Shown: positions 1 through 10,919, counted from the stretch's first letter. The stretch is DNA of 64,000 nucleotides from Gemmatimonadota bacterium (GCA_039587315.1 JBDHIS010000001.1:39-64038); one strand, 5' to 3'. Made by a program: numbers and translations. Notes: generated by a model not told the origin, from the sequence alone.

Positions 1-2
1 CT

Positions 3-314
3 GTCGTCTATATCAACGGGGACGCCTCGCTGAATACCGGCGCGGGCCAGGGGCTGCTCCTGGTGGACGGCGACCTCTCGGTTCAAGGCGGCTTCGAATT
101 CTACGGCATCGTAGTCGTGCGCGGCTCGCTAAAGGCTGCCGGAAACGGGAACAAGTTCAACGGCGGCGTGTTGGCGGCCAATGTGCAGCTCAACGACAAC
201 AGCCTGATCGGGACCGTGGACCTCGCGTTCTCGAGCTGTGCCGTTGCGAGGGCGCAGCAAGCAGGCGCGGCGGGGAGCCCACTGCGCTCGAGGGGGTGGA
301 CGCAGCTCTTCTAG
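3..314 (+). CDS. C-terminal fragment of a hypothetical protein (5' end outside window), possibly pilus/PilX-like
   Basis: Frame is open from base 3 (VVYINGDASLNTGAGQGLLLVDGDLSVQGGFEFYGIVVVRGSL...) to TAG 312-314. The Gly/Asn-rich strand-like sequence suggests a pilus protein, but I cannot name a diagnostic motif. Confidence 0.45.
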   Translation, partial: VVYINGDASLNTGAGQGLLLVDGDLSVQGGFEFYGIVVVRGSLKAAGNGNKFNGGVLAANVQLNDNSLIGTVDLAFSSCAVARAQQAGAAGSPLRSRGWTQLF

Positions 315-452
315 CACCCGTGATTGGGTATGCGGACCGCCGGGTGGCTCAGCGCTACCCGGCGGTCTCTTCTTACCCCGAACATTCCCCGTAAATCGTT
401 GACGCTGCCCGCGAAAGTCCCAAGAATTGTGAGATCCTCCCAGGGGGTACAC

Positions 453-836
453 ATGGCCACCATCCTGGTCATCGACGACGATGAGGTCAGCCGGCTCGCA
501 GTGGGATCCGCGCTCGAGGTGAACGGGCACGAGGTCCATTACGCACCCAACGGAGAGGTCGGGCTCGAGGTCTACGAAAAGTCGCCCACCGACGTGGTGA
601 TCATCGATCTGGCGATGCCCGTAATGAACGGGCTGCGCGCCATCCAGGAATTGCGCGAACGCCACAGGGACGTGCGCATCATCGCTATGTCGGGCGTGAG
701 CCCCGAGCAGCTCCCCCTCGCCGAGGAGTACGGAGCGCTCAGTTCCTTGACGAAGCCCGTGAACCCCACCGAGATGCAACAAGCGATCGACGACGTGCTG
801 CGGCGCTCGATGGGTTGGGAAGGCCCGATGGACTGA
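453..836 (+). CDS. single-domain response regulator (CheY-like receiver)
   Basis: ATG at 453 gives MATILVIDDDEVSRL... with acidic pocket DDD, phospho-acceptor context VVIIDLAMPVMNG, IIAMSG and LTKP. The listed ORF start at 324 adds a non-conserved Arg/Pro-rich leader. Confidence 0.85.
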   Translation: MATILVIDDDEVSRLAVGSALEVNGHEVHYAPNGEVGLEVYEKSPTDVVIIDLAMPVMNGLRAIQELRERHRDVRIIAMSGVSPEQLPLAEEYGALSSLTKPVNPTEMQQAIDDVLRRSMGWEGPMD

Positions 837-901
837 GGCCCTCGCCATCGTTTCCCTCCCCTGTTAGCATGCGAGTGCCGCGTCGGCACTCGAGAGCACG
901 G

Positions 902-972
902 TGGCCCCTCGTCCAATGGCAGGACGCCGGTCTTTGGATCCGGAAATGATGGTTCGAATCCATCGGGGCCAA
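902..972 (+). tRNA. tRNA-Gln (anticodon TTG)
   Basis: Hand-folded cloverleaf. Acceptor TGGCCCC/GGGGCCA with the U1-A72 pair typical of bacterial tRNA-Gln. D arm GTCC-AATGGCA-GGAC. Anticodon arm CCGGT-CTTTGGA-TCCGG (one U.U at 31-39). T arm GATGG-TTCGAAT-CCATC. Discriminator A; CCA not encoded. Confidence 0.8.
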
Positions 973-983
973 TTGGATCAGAA

Positions 984-1013
984 CCCTCGAGTGTAATGAT
1001 CTCGGGGGTTTTT
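984..1013 (+). terminator. rho-independent terminator after tRNA-Gln
   Basis: Stem CCCTCGAG (984-991) pairs with CTCGGGGG (1001-1008), including one G.U pair. The loop is 9 nt and a TTTTT tract follows at 1009-1013. Confidence 0.6.
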
Positions 1014-1065
1014 CGTCGGGCTTCCCTGCCCCAGAATGGAGCTTGACGCCCGCCCCCGCGGAACG

Positions 1066-1098
1066 AAGAAAGGGCCCGGCCGAAGCCGGGCCCTTCTT
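1066..1098 (-). terminator. terminator hairpin downstream of the minus-strand lipoprotein gene
   Basis: GGGCCCGGC-CGAA-GCCGGGCCC perfect 9-bp GC stem extended by AAGAA/TTCTT. On the minus strand it is followed by TTTCTTCGTT, 36 nt past the stop at 1134. Confidence 0.6.
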
Positions 1099-1133
1099 GT
1101 GCCGGGAGATCCCCTACGTCGGCCGATGTGCGG

Positions 1134-3134
1134 CTACTGGCAGAGGTTCCCGTTGTTGTACTGGTCCAGCGTGTAGGCCAGCTGGAGCGCCGTCTGGTAC
1201 TCGGCATCCTTCGGGCGCAGGTAGCTGCCGGTGCCGTCGAAGCCGATCGACATCAGCAGGTTCTCGGCATCGAGCGCGGCCTGCGCCGCGGCCGGGCAGG
1301 TCCCCGCACCCGCAGCGAAGTTCAGCTGCGCTGCCAGCAGGTGCATGGCAAGAGTGTACGCCGCGTCACTGGCCTTCTTCCTGCCGGTGTTGATGTCCCG
1401 CTGGTCGAGGATCGAGACGCCTTGCGCGCAGCCCAGAATCTGGAAGTCACCCCAGATGATCCCCGGCGAGGTCAGGATGTCGTCGAGCAGGTACCAGCCC
1501 TCGGCCGGGCCGCCGTTCTTGGTCGCGGTCTGGACCTGATTGCCGCTCGTACAGCGGTTCCAGTTCTTCCAGTAGCCGGGCGTGCGCGTATCGCCGCCGG
1601 GGAAGGTGTTGTTCACCTCGAACACCAGGGTCTGTCCGACCACGACCGAATACGCAGTGCCGGCACCGAACTCGAAGCAGAGGTTGCCCTCGTTCGCGGG
1701 CGGATTGTCGTCGGCGTTGGGGTTGTAAGGGATGATGTTCTGGTCGGCGACACCGTCGTTGTCAGTGTCCACCTTCCATTCGCTCGACCAGCCGGCCGGA
1801 ACGCCCAGCTCGCACACCGTGTAGCTCAAGTCGCCGCGCAGCGCCGGGTTCCCGAACTCCAGGACGCCGTCGAGGTCCCCGGACGTCGAGCTGGTTACGC
1901 CCACCTGGGTGCCGCCGAAACCGTCCGGACCTTCGTACAGGGCGAAGCTCCACTCCTTGCTTGCATCGACCACTCCCTCGGTCAGCTTGAGCAGGCTCAT
2001 GAAACCGGCTTCGCACGTGTAGGTGGTCGAGGCCGAAGACTGGTCTTCCTGGCCGTCATTGCCGGTCACGACGGCCGTGTTGTTCAGCGTGGCCGAGTAC
2101 GTACCGTCGGCGCCGTAATCGGCGGCGTCGACCGAGCAGGTGTGGCTCTGCGTCTCGGTCCAGGTCCACGGACCCTGGCCCGCAGTGAGCGTGAGCGGGA
2201 AATCGGGCTCCTGGTCGTCGTTTATGTCGGCGGTGCCGTTGAAGACGTTTTTGGTCCAGTCTATGTTGGCCTCCGCCGTGGCGCCGTCCACGTCGGGGTT
2301 CAGGCTGGTAACCGTGGCAGTGTTCTTCGTGGCCGTGGCATCACCGGGTGCGGCGGAGTACGTGCACTCTACCGAGCCGCCCGCCCCGAGCTCGTAGCTG
2401 GGGCAGCTGACCGTGGCCTCCGTACCGTCGCCGAGCACATCGGTTACCTCGAACGTGACGTCGAACGGCGTCGGGTTGCCAACCGTGATGGTCCCGCTCA
2501 CCGAGAAGTTCTCCTCGACGGAGCTCTCCGACAGGTCCACGGTCCAGGTCCAGGACAGCTCGTCGCCCGCGTAGCCCATCTGGGACTCGGGGTCCACCGA
2601 CTTCTCCACGTCCCACGTGTGGGTCTCGTCGTACTCGCCGGCGGCCTCCTTCTCAGCAGTGAGCTCGTAGTCGTAGCAGAACTCGATGTGGCTGATTGCG
2701 GACGGCTGGCCGGTGTTCGAGTTGATGGGTGAGTGCAGGGCGTCGTCGGTGGTCGCCTCGGGGGCGTAGGCGTACACGTTGGCGTTCGGGCCACCCTTCA
2801 CGATCACCGCGTCAAGGCTGAGCGTCGAAGTCCACTCGAAGTACGTCCCGTCGGAGGTGATGGTGACCGTCTCGCTGGTGCTCGGGAACGTGTAGCTCCC
2901 ACTGGGTGGCGGCTCCGGTTGCGGCTTGAAGCCGACGTCGTAACCGAGATCCGTGCAGGACGGGTTGCCCAGTACGACCTGTGGGACTACGTGCCGTAAC
3001 TGCGGCGTCGTGGGCGACCCTCCGTCATCCCGCGCTGGATTGGTCAGCTCCTGGGCTCCGTCGCCGCAGGCCCAGGCAAACACCAAGGCCAGGAGCGCGC
3101 CCGGCAACCACTGCCGTTTCTTCGAACGCCTCAT
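1134..3134 (-). CDS. large secreted lipoprotein of unknown function with repeated beta-sandwich-like modules
   Basis: ATG at 3134 is preceded by GGAGGA. The N-terminus MRRSKKRQWLPGALLALVFAWAC has a signal peptide and lipobox-like Cys. Repeated Thr/Gly/Asp-rich segments follow (e.g. TVGNPTPFDVTFEVTDVLGDGTEATVSCPSYELGAGGSVECTY). The C-terminal domain is Cys-containing and helical. Confidence 0.7.
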   Translation of the reverse strand: MRRSKKRQWLPGALLALVFAWACGDGAQELTNPARDDGGSPTTPQLRHVVPQVVLGNPSCTDLGYDVGFKPQPEPPPSGSYTFPSTSETVTITSDGTYFEWTSTLSLDAVIVKGGPNANVYAYAPEATTDDALHSPINSNTGQPSAISHIEFCYDYELTAEKEAAGEYDETHTWDVEKSVDPESQMGYAGDELSWTWTVDLSESSVEENFSVSGTITVGNPTPFDVTFEVTDVLGDGTEATVSCPSYELGAGGSVECTYSAAPGDATATKNTATVTSLNPDVDGATAEANIDWTKNVFNGTADINDDQEPDFPLTLTAGQGPWTWTETQSHTCSVDAADYGADGTYSATLNNTAVVTGNDGQEDQSSASTTYTCEAGFMSLLKLTEGVVDASKEWSFALYEGPDGFGGTQVGVTSSTSGDLDGVLEFGNPALRGDLSYTVCELGVPAGWSSEWKVDTDNDGVADQNIIPYNPNADDNPPANEGNLCFEFGAGTAYSVVVGQTLVFEVNNTFPGGDTRTPGYWKNWNRCTSGNQVQTATKNGGPAEGWYLLDDILTSPGIIWGDFQILGCAQGVSILDQRDINTGRKKASDAAYTLAMHLLAAQLNFAAGAGTCPAAAQAALDAENLLMSIGFDGTGSYLRPKDAEYQTALQLAYTLDQYNNGNLCQ

Positions 3135-3355
3135 AGTTCCTCCGTTAATGGGTGATAGATTCTGTCGGGTTTCGGGCGCGCAACAGGCTAACAGCAGGCC
3201 CCCACCTGCGCAAGGCCATCTGCTCCGGGGCACAGAGCGGCCTTCACGCCGACGCCCCTGGGGCGCCGACTGAGGCCGGGCGAATCCCTTAACCGCGTCA
3301 ATCATCATCCCCAGCTATTGTGGCGGGGCGATCCCCGATACAATTTGTTTAGATT

Positions 3356-6259
3356 GTGCGCTCCTCCCATCCCCGGCCCGATGAGGGCCTGGCCCGGCGG
3401 CTATCGGCCCTCCTGAGGCTCAGCGCCGAGATCGCCGCGGCCCTAGACGAACAGGAAATCTGTGACCGCGTCGTGCACGGCCTGCGCGACGAGTCGCTGG
3501 GGTACCACTTCGTGGGCCTGTTTCTGGTCGACGCAGCCACCGGCGACCGTGTCATGCGCGCCGCCGTGGGGTGGAAGGACACCTCGGCGGGATGGCGCGT
3601 GCCCAAGGGCGAGGGCCTGAGCGCGCGCGCCCTGAAGGACGGGCAGGTCCACTACACCCCGGACGTCACCAAGGAACCGCTCTACATACCGGGCCTCTCC
3701 ACCGGCTCGGAGGTGGACGTCCCCCTCATCATCGAGGGTGAGCCGGCCGGCGTCCTCGTCGTGGAGAGCGAACAGCCCGAGGCATTCGCCAAGGAGGACT
3801 TCGACATCCTCACTGCGGCGGCCACGCAGGCCAGCATCGCCATCGCGCGCGCCCGCCTCGTGGAGAGCCAGCGGCAGCTGCTTACCGCCGAGCGGCGGCG
3901 CGCCGACGAGCAGGAGGCACTGCTCGAGACCATGGCCGACCTCTCGGCGGAGCTCGAGCTGTCGAAGCTGCTCGAAGCGGTGCTGCGGCGCGCGGTCACC
4001 CTGCTGGGTGTGAGCGGCGGAGAGCTCGCCATCTACGATGAAGCGGCGCACGAGCTCGAGATCGTGGCCAATCACAACACCGAGCAGGTCTCGGTCGGCA
4101 CCCGTCTCGCGGTGGGAGAAGGCGCGATGGGGCACGTGGCCGAGACTCGCGAGCCGCTCATCATCTCGGACTACGCCCAGTGGTCGGGGCGGTCCGATCG
4201 TTACTCCACGGTCGAGGCGCACGCCGCCGTGGTGCTCCCGCTGGTGGTGGGCGGACGGCTGGTCGGCGCCATCGACTTCTGGCACGCCGATCGGGATCGC
4301 CAGTTCGGCCCCGAGGATGACCGCCTGCTCAACCTGTTCGCTACCCAGGCCGCGGTCGCCATCGAGAACGCACGGCTCTACACCACGGCACGACAGCAGC
4401 AGCAGTACTTCGCCGAACTCGTGCGCAACAGCCCCGTCGCCATCGTGGCCCTCGACCCCGCGCACAATGTCGTCTCGATCAACCCGGCGTTCGAGAAGCT
4501 GTACGGCTACACCGAGCGGGAGGTGATCGGCCAGAACCTGGACGACCTGATCACCACCGAACAGACCAGGGCGCAGGCGGTAGCGTACACCGAGGAAGCT
4601 TCGGATCACGCGGTCCACGGCATCGGGCAGCGCCGCCGCAAGGACGGCAGTATGGTGGACGTCGAAGTGCTGGCCGTTCCGGTAGACGTGGACGGCGAGC
4701 GCGTGGGGTTGATGGGCCTGTACCACGACGTCACCGAGCTGCTGCGCGCGCAGCAGGATGCCGAGGACGCCAACAGCGCCAAGAGCCAGTTCCTCGCGAA
4801 CATGAGCCACGAGCTGAGGACACCGCTCAACGCCATCATCGGCTACAGCGAGATGCTCCAGGAGGACGCCGAGGATGCCGGCCAACAGGGGTTCGTTCCC
4901 GATCTCGAGAAGATCCACTCGGCCGGCAAGCACCTGCTGGCGCTGATCAACGACATCCTCGACCTGTCGAAGATCGAGGCCGGCAAGATGGAGCTGTACT
5001 GCGAGGATTTCGAGGTCGAGCAGGTGGTGCGCGACGTTGCGACGACGGTGCGGCCGCTCGTCGAGAAGAACTCAAACCGCCTGGAGCTCGCATTCGGCGA
5101 CGGCCTGGGCACGATGAACTCCGACCTGACCCGCATCCGCCAGGTGCTGCTCAACCTCCTGTCCAACGCCTGCAAGTTCACGGAGGGCGGCACCATCACC
5201 CTGGAGGTGAGCCGCGGCGACATGATGCATTTCCGCGTCGCGGACACGGGAATCGGCATGACCGCAGAGCAGTTGGAGCGGCTGTTCGAGGCGTTCTCCC
5301 AGGCCGACATCACCACCGCCAGCAAGTACGGCGGCACTGGGCTGGGGCTGGCCATCAGCCGGCGCTTCTGTCAGATGATGGGCGGCGACGTTCAGGTCGA
5401 GAGCGATCCCGGCAAGGGATCGACGTTCACCGTGCGGCTCCCCGTGAGCGCGCCCAAGCCGGGAGAGCCCGAGCAGCTGGAGCTGGTGGGCGAGGGCGGC
5501 GACGGCCACGCCGGCACGGTGCTCGTCATCGACGACGACCCCGCGGTGCGCAACCTCATGGTGCGGTTCCTGGGCAAGGAGGGCTATCGCGTGCTGCCCG
5601 CCGCCGATGGCGAGACAGGGTTGCAGCTCGCCCGTGACGCGCGGCCCGACGTGATAACCCTCGACGTCATGATGCCGGGGATGGACGGGTGGGGAGTCCT
5701 CACGGCGCTCAAGGCAGACCCGGCGCTCGCGGACATTCCAGTCGTGATGCTCTCGATAGTCGAAGACAAGAACATGGGCTTCTCGCTGGGCGCTTCGGAG
5801 TACCTCACCAAGCCGATCGACCGCAGCAGGCTGACGGCGATTCTGGCCAAGTACGCGCGCGACGGACGCCAGGGATCGGTTCTCGTGGTCGAGGACGACG
5901 GCGCCACCAGGTCCATGCTCAAGCGATCGCTCGAAGGGAGCGGCTGGCACGTGACCGAGGCATCCAACGGACGCATCGCGCTGGAGCGTGTCGCGGAGGG
6001 GTGTCCCGACCTGGTGCTGCTCGATCTGATGATGCCCGAGATGGACGGCTTCGAGTTCCTGGAAGAGTTCCGCGACGGCGCCGGGTGTCAGGCCGTGCCC
6101 GTGGTCGTTCTCACCGCAATGGAGCTCACGGAGCAGGACCGGCGCCGTCTCAACGGCGGCGTGGAGCGGATCGTCCAGAAGAGTACGTACGGCCGTGAGC
6201 AGCTGTTGGCGGAGGTGCGCGAGCTCGTGTCCACGCGCACACCGGCGGTGAAGCCGTGA
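3356..6259 (+). CDS. cytoplasmic hybrid sensor histidine kinase (GAF-GAF-PAS-HisKA-HATPase-REC-REC)
   Basis: Motifs read: two GAF-like modules ending in AIAIARARL / [10 protein letters not shown]; PAS-like [11 protein letters not shown]...[14 protein letters not shown]; H-box [18 protein letters not shown]; N box [12 protein letters not shown]; DTGIGM; [12 protein letters not shown]. Two receivers follow (VLVIDDD...[10 protein letters not shown]...LTKP and VLVVEDD...[10 protein letters not shown]). No hydrophobic TM-length segment. Confidence 0.9.
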   Translation: MRSSHPRPDEGLARRLSALLRLSAEIAAALDEQEICDRVVHGLRDESLGYHFVGLFLVDAATGDRVMRAAVGWKDTSAGWRVPKGEGLSARALKDGQVHYTPDVTKEPLYIPGLSTGSEVDVPLIIEGEPAGVLVVESEQPEAFAKEDFDILTAAATQASIAIARARLVESQRQLLTAERRRADEQEALLETMADLSAELELSKLLEAVLRRAVTLLGVSGGELAIYDEAAHELEIVANHNTEQVSVGTRLAVGEGAMGHVAETREPLIISDYAQWSGRSDRYSTVEAHAAVVLPLVVGGRLVGAIDFWHADRDRQFGPEDDRLLNLFATQAAVAIENARLYTTARQQQQYFAELVRNSPVAIVALDPAHNVVSINPAFEKLYGYTEREVIGQNLDDLITTEQTRAQAVAYTEEASDHAVHGIGQRRRKDGSMVDVEVLAVPVDVDGERVGLMGLYHDVTELLRAQQDAEDANSAKSQFLANMSHELRTPLNAIIGYSEMLQEDAEDAGQQGFVPDLEKIHSAGKHLLALINDILDLSKIEAGKMELYCEDFEVEQVVRDVATTVRPLVEKNSNRLELAFGDGLGTMNSDLTRIRQVLLNLLSNACKFTEGGTITLEVSRGDMMHFRVADTGIGMTAEQLERLFEAFSQADITTASKYGGTGLGLAISRRFCQMMGGDVQVESDPGKGSTFTVRLPVSAPKPGEPEQLELVGEGGDGHAGTVLVIDDDPAVRNLMVRFLGKEGYRVLPAADGETGLQLARDARPDVITLDVMMPGMDGWGVLTALKADPALADIPVVMLSIVEDKNMGFSLGASEYLTKPIDRSRLTAILAKYARDGRQGSVLVVEDDGATRSMLKRSLEGSGWHVTEASNGRIALERVAEGCPDLVLLDLMMPEMDGFEFLEEFRDGAGCQAVPVVVLTAMELTEQDRRRLNGGVERIVQKSTYGREQLLAEVRELVSTRTPAVKP

Positions 6260-8775
6260 GCGGTCCGCATGGGGCGAGAAAGCACATGACCGGCGCCGAC
6301 GCGTCGCCGGCCAAGATGCGCTCCGCACTGCTCGGCCTCAGCACTCGCATCGCCGAGTCGCAGAACGAGACCGACGTATGTCGCGCAGTTGTCGAAGGGC
6401 TGTGCCGCGTCGAGTTCGGCTTCGATGGAGTGGGGCTCTTTCTGGCGGGTAGCGAGTCGTTCTCGCCCGCGCTCAGGGCCAGTGCCGGGAAGTTCGGCGC
6501 CGGAGACGGCCAGGTCTCCGAGCTGAAGCTGCCGCTCCAGGTGGGACAAAGCGCGATCGGCGAGCTCGTTGTGCAGCGCGAACGCTCGAGGGCGTTCGAC
6601 AAGGGCGATCTGGAGATCCTGGGAGCGGCCGCCAACCAGGCCAGCATAGCTATCGGGCGAGCCCGGTTGCTCGAGTCCGAGCGGGCGCGGATCACCGAAC
6701 AGCGGGCACTTCTCGACACGCTCGCTGACCTGTCCGGCGAACTGGAGCTGGACAAGCTCCTCCAGGCCGTGTTGGAGCGTGCGGTGTCTCTCCTCGGGGT
6801 CACTGGCGGCGAGCTCGCCGTGTTCGACGAGACGGCCGAGCAGCTCGTGATCGTTGCCAGCCACAATCTGGGAGAGGACTCCACCGGCGCGCACATGAAC
6901 CTCGGCGAGGGAGCGATGGGCCACGTCGCCCTCACTCACGAGCCGTTGATCATCCCCAACTACCAGGAGTGGGAGGGACGCTCTCCGCAGTACACGGACC
7001 ACACGGTGCAGACAGTGATGGTCGTGCCGCTCCTGATCGGCGCGAGGCTCGTGGGAGCCATTGCGAGCGTCCACTCGGACCCCTCTCGCAAGTTCGGCGA
7101 GGCTGACCTGCGCCTGCTGAACCTGTTCGCCGCCCAGGCCGCGATCGCGATCGAGAACGCCCGGTTGTTCGACGCCGAGCGGCGGCGCGCCGAAGAGCAG
7201 CGCGCGCTGCTCGACACGATGCAGGACCTCTCGGGTGAGCTGGAGCTCGCCAAGGTGCTTCAGCGAGTGCTGGAGCGCGCTGCCACGCTTCTCAACGTTA
7301 CCGGAGCTGAGGTGGCCACGTACGACGAGGCCGCGGAAGACCTCGTTATTTCCGCCAGCCACAGCATGGGCTGGGACGCCGTCGGAAATCGCATGGCCCT
7401 GGGGGAGGGCGCGATGGGTCAGGTGGCGCAGACCCACGAGCCCCTGATCATCCCCCGTTACCAGGAGTGGATCGGTCGCTCGTCCCAGTACACGCAGAGC
7501 ACCGTGCAGACCGTAATGGTGGCACCGCTACTGATCGGGACCAGGCTGGTGGGCGCCATCGCCGCCGTGCACTCCGATCCCGACCGGGAATTCGGCCCCG
7601 AGGATCTCGCACTGCTCCAGCTGTTCGCTCCCCAGGCCGCGATCGCGATCGAGAATGCTCGCCTCTTCTCCACCGCACAGCGGTACGTCGAAGACATAGT
7701 GCTCAACAACCCGGTCGCCATCGTGAAGCTGGACCTGGACGTGAACATCACCTCCTGCAACCCCGCGTTCGAGAGGTTGTTCGGGTATAGCGCGGACGAG
7801 GTGATCGGGCGGAACCTCGACGAGCTCGTCACGACCGAGGAGTCCCGGGCCGAGGCTGAAGCCTACTCGGAGCAAATGCTGGCCGGACGCCGGACCACCG
7901 GCGTCGGGCAGCGGCGCCGCAAGGACGGCTCGCTGATGGACGTTGAAGTGTTCTCGATCCCGGTCATCGTGGGCGGCGCGCGTGTAGGGATGATGGCCAT
8001 GTACCATGACATCACCGAGCTGCTCGACGCTCGTCGCGCCGCCGAAGAAGCCAGCCACTCCAAGAGCCGATTCCTCGCCAACACGAGCCACGAGCTCAGG
8101 ACCCCGCTCAACGCCATCATCGGCTACAGCGAGATGATGCTCGAGGACGCCGAGGATACCGGCGACGAGGAGTCCGCATCGGACCTCCAGAAGATCCGAG
8201 CCGCCGGACGACACCTGCTCTCGCTGATCAACGACATCCTCGACCTCTCCAAGATCGAGGCGGGGAGGATGGAGCTGGACCTGGAGACCTTTGGAGTGTG
8301 CGAGGCGATCAACGACGTTGCAACCACGGTGCACCCTCTGGTCGAGAAGAACGCCAACCGGCTCGAGATCGATTGCTCCAAGGACCTCGGTTCGATTCAT
8401 GCCGACGCGAAGCGCGTCAGGCAAGTGCTGCTGAACCTGGTGTCCAACGCGAGCAAGTTCACCGAGAAGGGCGCCATCAAGATCGACGCGGCCCGCGAGG
8501 GAAACGGTGCCCCGGACGGAGAGTGGCTGGTCCTGCGGGTGAGCGACTCGGGCATCGGGATGACGGCGGATCAGGTGGCGCGACTGTTTGAGCCGTTCTC
8601 ACAGGCCGACGCGGCGACGAGCACCAAGTACGGCGGCACCGGTCTGGGGCTGGCCATATCCCGACGACTGTGTCAGATGATGGGGGGAGACGTCACGGTA
8701 GAGAGCGAGAAGGGACAGGGCTCCACGTTCACCGTGCGCCTCCCCGCGGTCGTTTCCGAAAGGGGACTCCACTAG
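6256..8775 (+). CDS. cytoplasmic sensor histidine kinase (three GAF modules-PAS-HisKA-HATPase), paralog of the preceding gene
   Basis: GTG 6256 overlaps the upstream TGA (GTGA). H-box [18 protein letters not shown]; [12 protein letters not shown]; DSGIGM; [12 protein letters not shown]. No receiver and no TM segment. An ATG at 6286 is an alternative start. Confidence 0.88.
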   Translation: MSGPHGARKHMTGADASPAKMRSALLGLSTRIAESQNETDVCRAVVEGLCRVEFGFDGVGLFLAGSESFSPALRASAGKFGAGDGQVSELKLPLQVGQSAIGELVVQRERSRAFDKGDLEILGAAANQASIAIGRARLLESERARITEQRALLDTLADLSGELELDKLLQAVLERAVSLLGVTGGELAVFDETAEQLVIVASHNLGEDSTGAHMNLGEGAMGHVALTHEPLIIPNYQEWEGRSPQYTDHTVQTVMVVPLLIGARLVGAIASVHSDPSRKFGEADLRLLNLFAAQAAIAIENARLFDAERRRAEEQRALLDTMQDLSGELELAKVLQRVLERAATLLNVTGAEVATYDEAAEDLVISASHSMGWDAVGNRMALGEGAMGQVAQTHEPLIIPRYQEWIGRSSQYTQSTVQTVMVAPLLIGTRLVGAIAAVHSDPDREFGPEDLALLQLFAPQAAIAIENARLFSTAQRYVEDIVLNNPVAIVKLDLDVNITSCNPAFERLFGYSADEVIGRNLDELVTTEESRAEAEAYSEQMLAGRRTTGVGQRRRKDGSLMDVEVFSIPVIVGGARVGMMAMYHDITELLDARRAAEEASHSKSRFLANTSHELRTPLNAIIGYSEMMLEDAEDTGDEESASDLQKIRAAGRHLLSLINDILDLSKIEAGRMELDLETFGVCEAINDVATTVHPLVEKNANRLEIDCSKDLGSIHADAKRVRQVLLNLVSNASKFTEKGAIKIDAAREGNGAPDGEWLVLRVSDSGIGMTADQVARLFEPFSQADAATSTKYGGTGLGLAISRRLCQMMGGDVTVESEKGQGSTFTVRLPAVVSERGLH
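6679..7674 (+). repeat. in-frame tandem duplication of a 498-nt (166-codon) GAF module inside the second kinase
   Basis: Copy A is 6679-7176 and copy B is 7177-7674. Both run ER..(E)[16 protein letters not shown]..(L)..VLERA...[50 protein letters not shown]...[21 protein letters not shown]. The string gcgatcgcgatcgagaa recurs at 7141 and 7639, exactly 498 nt apart. Confidence 0.8.
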
Positions 8776-8777
8776 CA

Positions 8778-10907
8778 GTGCCTCGTTCCTCCACCGCACG
8801 CAAGAGCGCCGAGCCCGACAGGAGCGCCGCCGCCCACAGGCAGGCGGCGCTGCTGCGCCTCAGCACGGAGATCGCAGCCGCCCACGACGAGGAGGGGATC
8901 TACCGCTCCGTCGTGCACGGCCTCCACGACGAGGCCCTCGGATACAACTTCCTCGGCGTGTTCCTACTGGATCCCGAGTCGGGCGACCGCGTGCTCCAAG
9001 CGAGCATGGGTTGGCCCGATGTGCCGGACGCCTGGCGGGTGCACCGCGGGGAAGGTCTCAGCGAGCAGGCATTGCTGGACGGCGAGCTGCACTACACCGC
9101 CGACGTGACCCGTGAATCCCGCTACCTCCCCAGCCTGGCCAGTGGCTCCGAGGTGGACGTCCCCTTGAGGGTGGACGGCACGACGATCGGCGTCCTGGTC
9201 GTCGAAAGCGCCGAACCGAATGCGTTCGGCGGCGAGGACTTCGAGATCCTCAATGCAGCCGCCAACCAGGCGAGCATCGCGGTGGGCCGGGCCAGGCTCC
9301 TGGCGTCCGAGCGGCGTCGCGCCGACGAGCACAAGGCTCTGCTCGACACGATGGCCGATCTCTCGGCCGAGCTGGAGCTGTCGCGCGTGCTGCAGGCCGT
9401 GCTGGTGCGGGCGGTGAGCCTGCTTGGGGTGACGGGCGGAGAGGTCGCGATATGGGAGGAGGAGGCGCAGGAGCTCGTCGTGCTAGCGAGCCAGAACATC
9501 GGCAAGGACTCCACGGGCACGCGACTCAAGCCGGGCGAGGGAGCAATGGGAACCGTAGCCCGGACCCAGGAGCCGATCATCATCCCGTCGTACGCAGAGT
9601 GGCTGGGCCGCTCGACCAAGTACTCGGATCTGACGATTCACTCCGTGATGGCGGCGCCGCTCCTGATCGGGCGACGGCTGGTGGGTGCCATCGCCACGAT
9701 TCACGCGGATCCGGAACGCGAGTTCGGCCCCGAGGACATGCGGCTGCTCAACCTGTTCGCGCCGCAGGCGGCGATCGCGATCGAGAACGCACGCCTCTAC
9801 ACGGAGGCGCAGCGCCAGAAGCAGTACTTCGAGGAGCTGCTCCAGAACAGTCCGGTAGCCATCGTCACGCTGGACCGCGATTACAGCATCGTCAGCTGCA
9901 ATCCCAACTTCGAGAGCCTGTTCGGCTACTCGAGCGACGAGGCGGTGGGTCGGAATCTGGACGAGCTGATCACCACCGAGGCCACTCGCACCGAGGCCGA
10001 GCAGTACACTCGCGAGGCACTGGATCGCGCGGTCCACGGAATCGGCCGGCGGCAACGCAAGGACGGGACGTTGGTGGACGTGGAGGTGCTGGGAGTTCCG
10101 GTGATCGTTGACGGCGAGCGCGTGGGACTCATGGGCCTGTACCACGACATAACCGAGTTGCTCCGGGCGCGTCAGGAGGCGGAAGCAGCCAACAGCGCCA
10201 AGAGCCAGTTCCTGGCCAGCATGAGCCACGAGCTCCGGACACCGCTCAACGCAATCATCGGCTACAGCGAGATGCTGCAGGAGGAGGCGGAGGATCTGGG
10301 GCACGCTGAGTTCGGCGGGGATTTGCAGAAGATCCACACCGCCGGCCGGCACCTGCTGTCACTGATCAACAACGTGCTGGATCTGTCCAAGATCGAGGCG
10401 GGCCGGATGGAGCTCTATCTCGAGGACTTCGACGCGAGCACGATGATCGATGACGTGGTGACGACCGTGCGCCCGCTGGTGGACAAGAACTCCAACAGTC
10501 TCGAAGTCGAGCAGGCCGACGATCTGGGAAGCATGCACGCCGACTTGACCAAGGTGCGGCAGATGCTGCTCAATCTGTTGTCCAACGCCTGCAAGTTCAC
10601 CGAGGGCGGAGCGATTACGCTCGCGGCAGAGCGCGGGAAGGACAACGGGAGGGAGATCATCACGTTCTCCGTCAGAGACACCGGCATCGGGATGACCCCG
10701 GAGCAGATGGAGCGGCTGTTCGAGGCGTTCTCCCAGGCCGAGGCTTCCACGACCAGCAAATACGGTGGGACGGGGCTCGGGCTCGCGATCACGCGCAGGT
10801 TCACGAACATGATGGGTGGAGATGTGCAGGTAGTCAGTGCGCCCGGTGAGGGCTCGACATTCACAATTCGTTTGCCGGCGGCGGTCGAGGCCGCGCCGGC
10901 TACGTAG
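8778..10907 (+). CDS. cytoplasmic sensor histidine kinase (GAF-GAF-PAS-HisKA-HATPase), third paralog
   Basis: GTG 8778 lies 2 nt after the upstream TAG (8773-8775). The ORF-track start at 8670 would overlap the upstream gene by 106 nt and adds an Arg/Gly-rich non-homologous leader. H-box [18 protein letters not shown]; [12 protein letters not shown]; DTGIGM; [12 protein letters not shown]. Confidence 0.85.
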   Translation: MPRSSTARKSAEPDRSAAAHRQAALLRLSTEIAAAHDEEGIYRSVVHGLHDEALGYNFLGVFLLDPESGDRVLQASMGWPDVPDAWRVHRGEGLSEQALLDGELHYTADVTRESRYLPSLASGSEVDVPLRVDGTTIGVLVVESAEPNAFGGEDFEILNAAANQASIAVGRARLLASERRRADEHKALLDTMADLSAELELSRVLQAVLVRAVSLLGVTGGEVAIWEEEAQELVVLASQNIGKDSTGTRLKPGEGAMGTVARTQEPIIIPSYAEWLGRSTKYSDLTIHSVMAAPLLIGRRLVGAIATIHADPEREFGPEDMRLLNLFAPQAAIAIENARLYTEAQRQKQYFEELLQNSPVAIVTLDRDYSIVSCNPNFESLFGYSSDEAVGRNLDELITTEATRTEAEQYTREALDRAVHGIGRRQRKDGTLVDVEVLGVPVIVDGERVGLMGLYHDITELLRARQEAEAANSAKSQFLASMSHELRTPLNAIIGYSEMLQEEAEDLGHAEFGGDLQKIHTAGRHLLSLINNVLDLSKIEAGRMELYLEDFDASTMIDDVVTTVRPLVDKNSNSLEVEQADDLGSMHADLTKVRQMLLNLLSNACKFTEGGAITLAAERGKDNGREIITFSVRDTGIGMTPEQMERLFEAFSQAEASTTSKYGGTGLGLAITRRFTNMMGGDVQVVSAPGEGSTFTIRLPAAVEAAPAT

Positions 10908-10919
10908 AGGGGGAGCGCG

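Noticed and set aside
3316-3344. Possible promoter for the kinase operon (TATTGT/TTGTGG ... TACAAT at 3339-3344).
   Set aside because: The -35 match is poor and the spacing is ambiguous (15-17 nt). The -10 lies only about 12 nt from the proposed GTG start, which would require a nearly leaderless mRNA. Not strong enough to list as a feature.
902-3356. tRNA-Gln as an integration site for a genomic island carrying the lipoprotein and the kinase operon.
   Set aside because: No integrase, recombinase, transposase or direct repeat of the tRNA 3' end is visible downstream. Composition looks the same as in the housekeeping part of the window.
7141-7152. Repeated GCGATCGC octamers, resembling the HIP1 palindrome. 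They also occur near 7639, 9771, 18750, 18841, 37473 and 42221.
   Set aside because: Most occurrences are the codon string GCG-ATC-GCG (Ala-Ile-Ala) in conserved GAF or membrane helices, so they are explained by protein sequence and codon bias. I cannot show enrichment beyond that.
8670-8777. Longer start for the third kinase, overlapping the second kinase by 106 nt. Similar extensions occur at 11210, 17941, 28003, 33976, 35565, 39178 and 57413, and at 47944-48660 on the minus strand.
   Set aside because: The extensions lack similarity to the paralogs or orthologous N-termini. In-frame starts at or next to the upstream stop codon give sensible N-termini.
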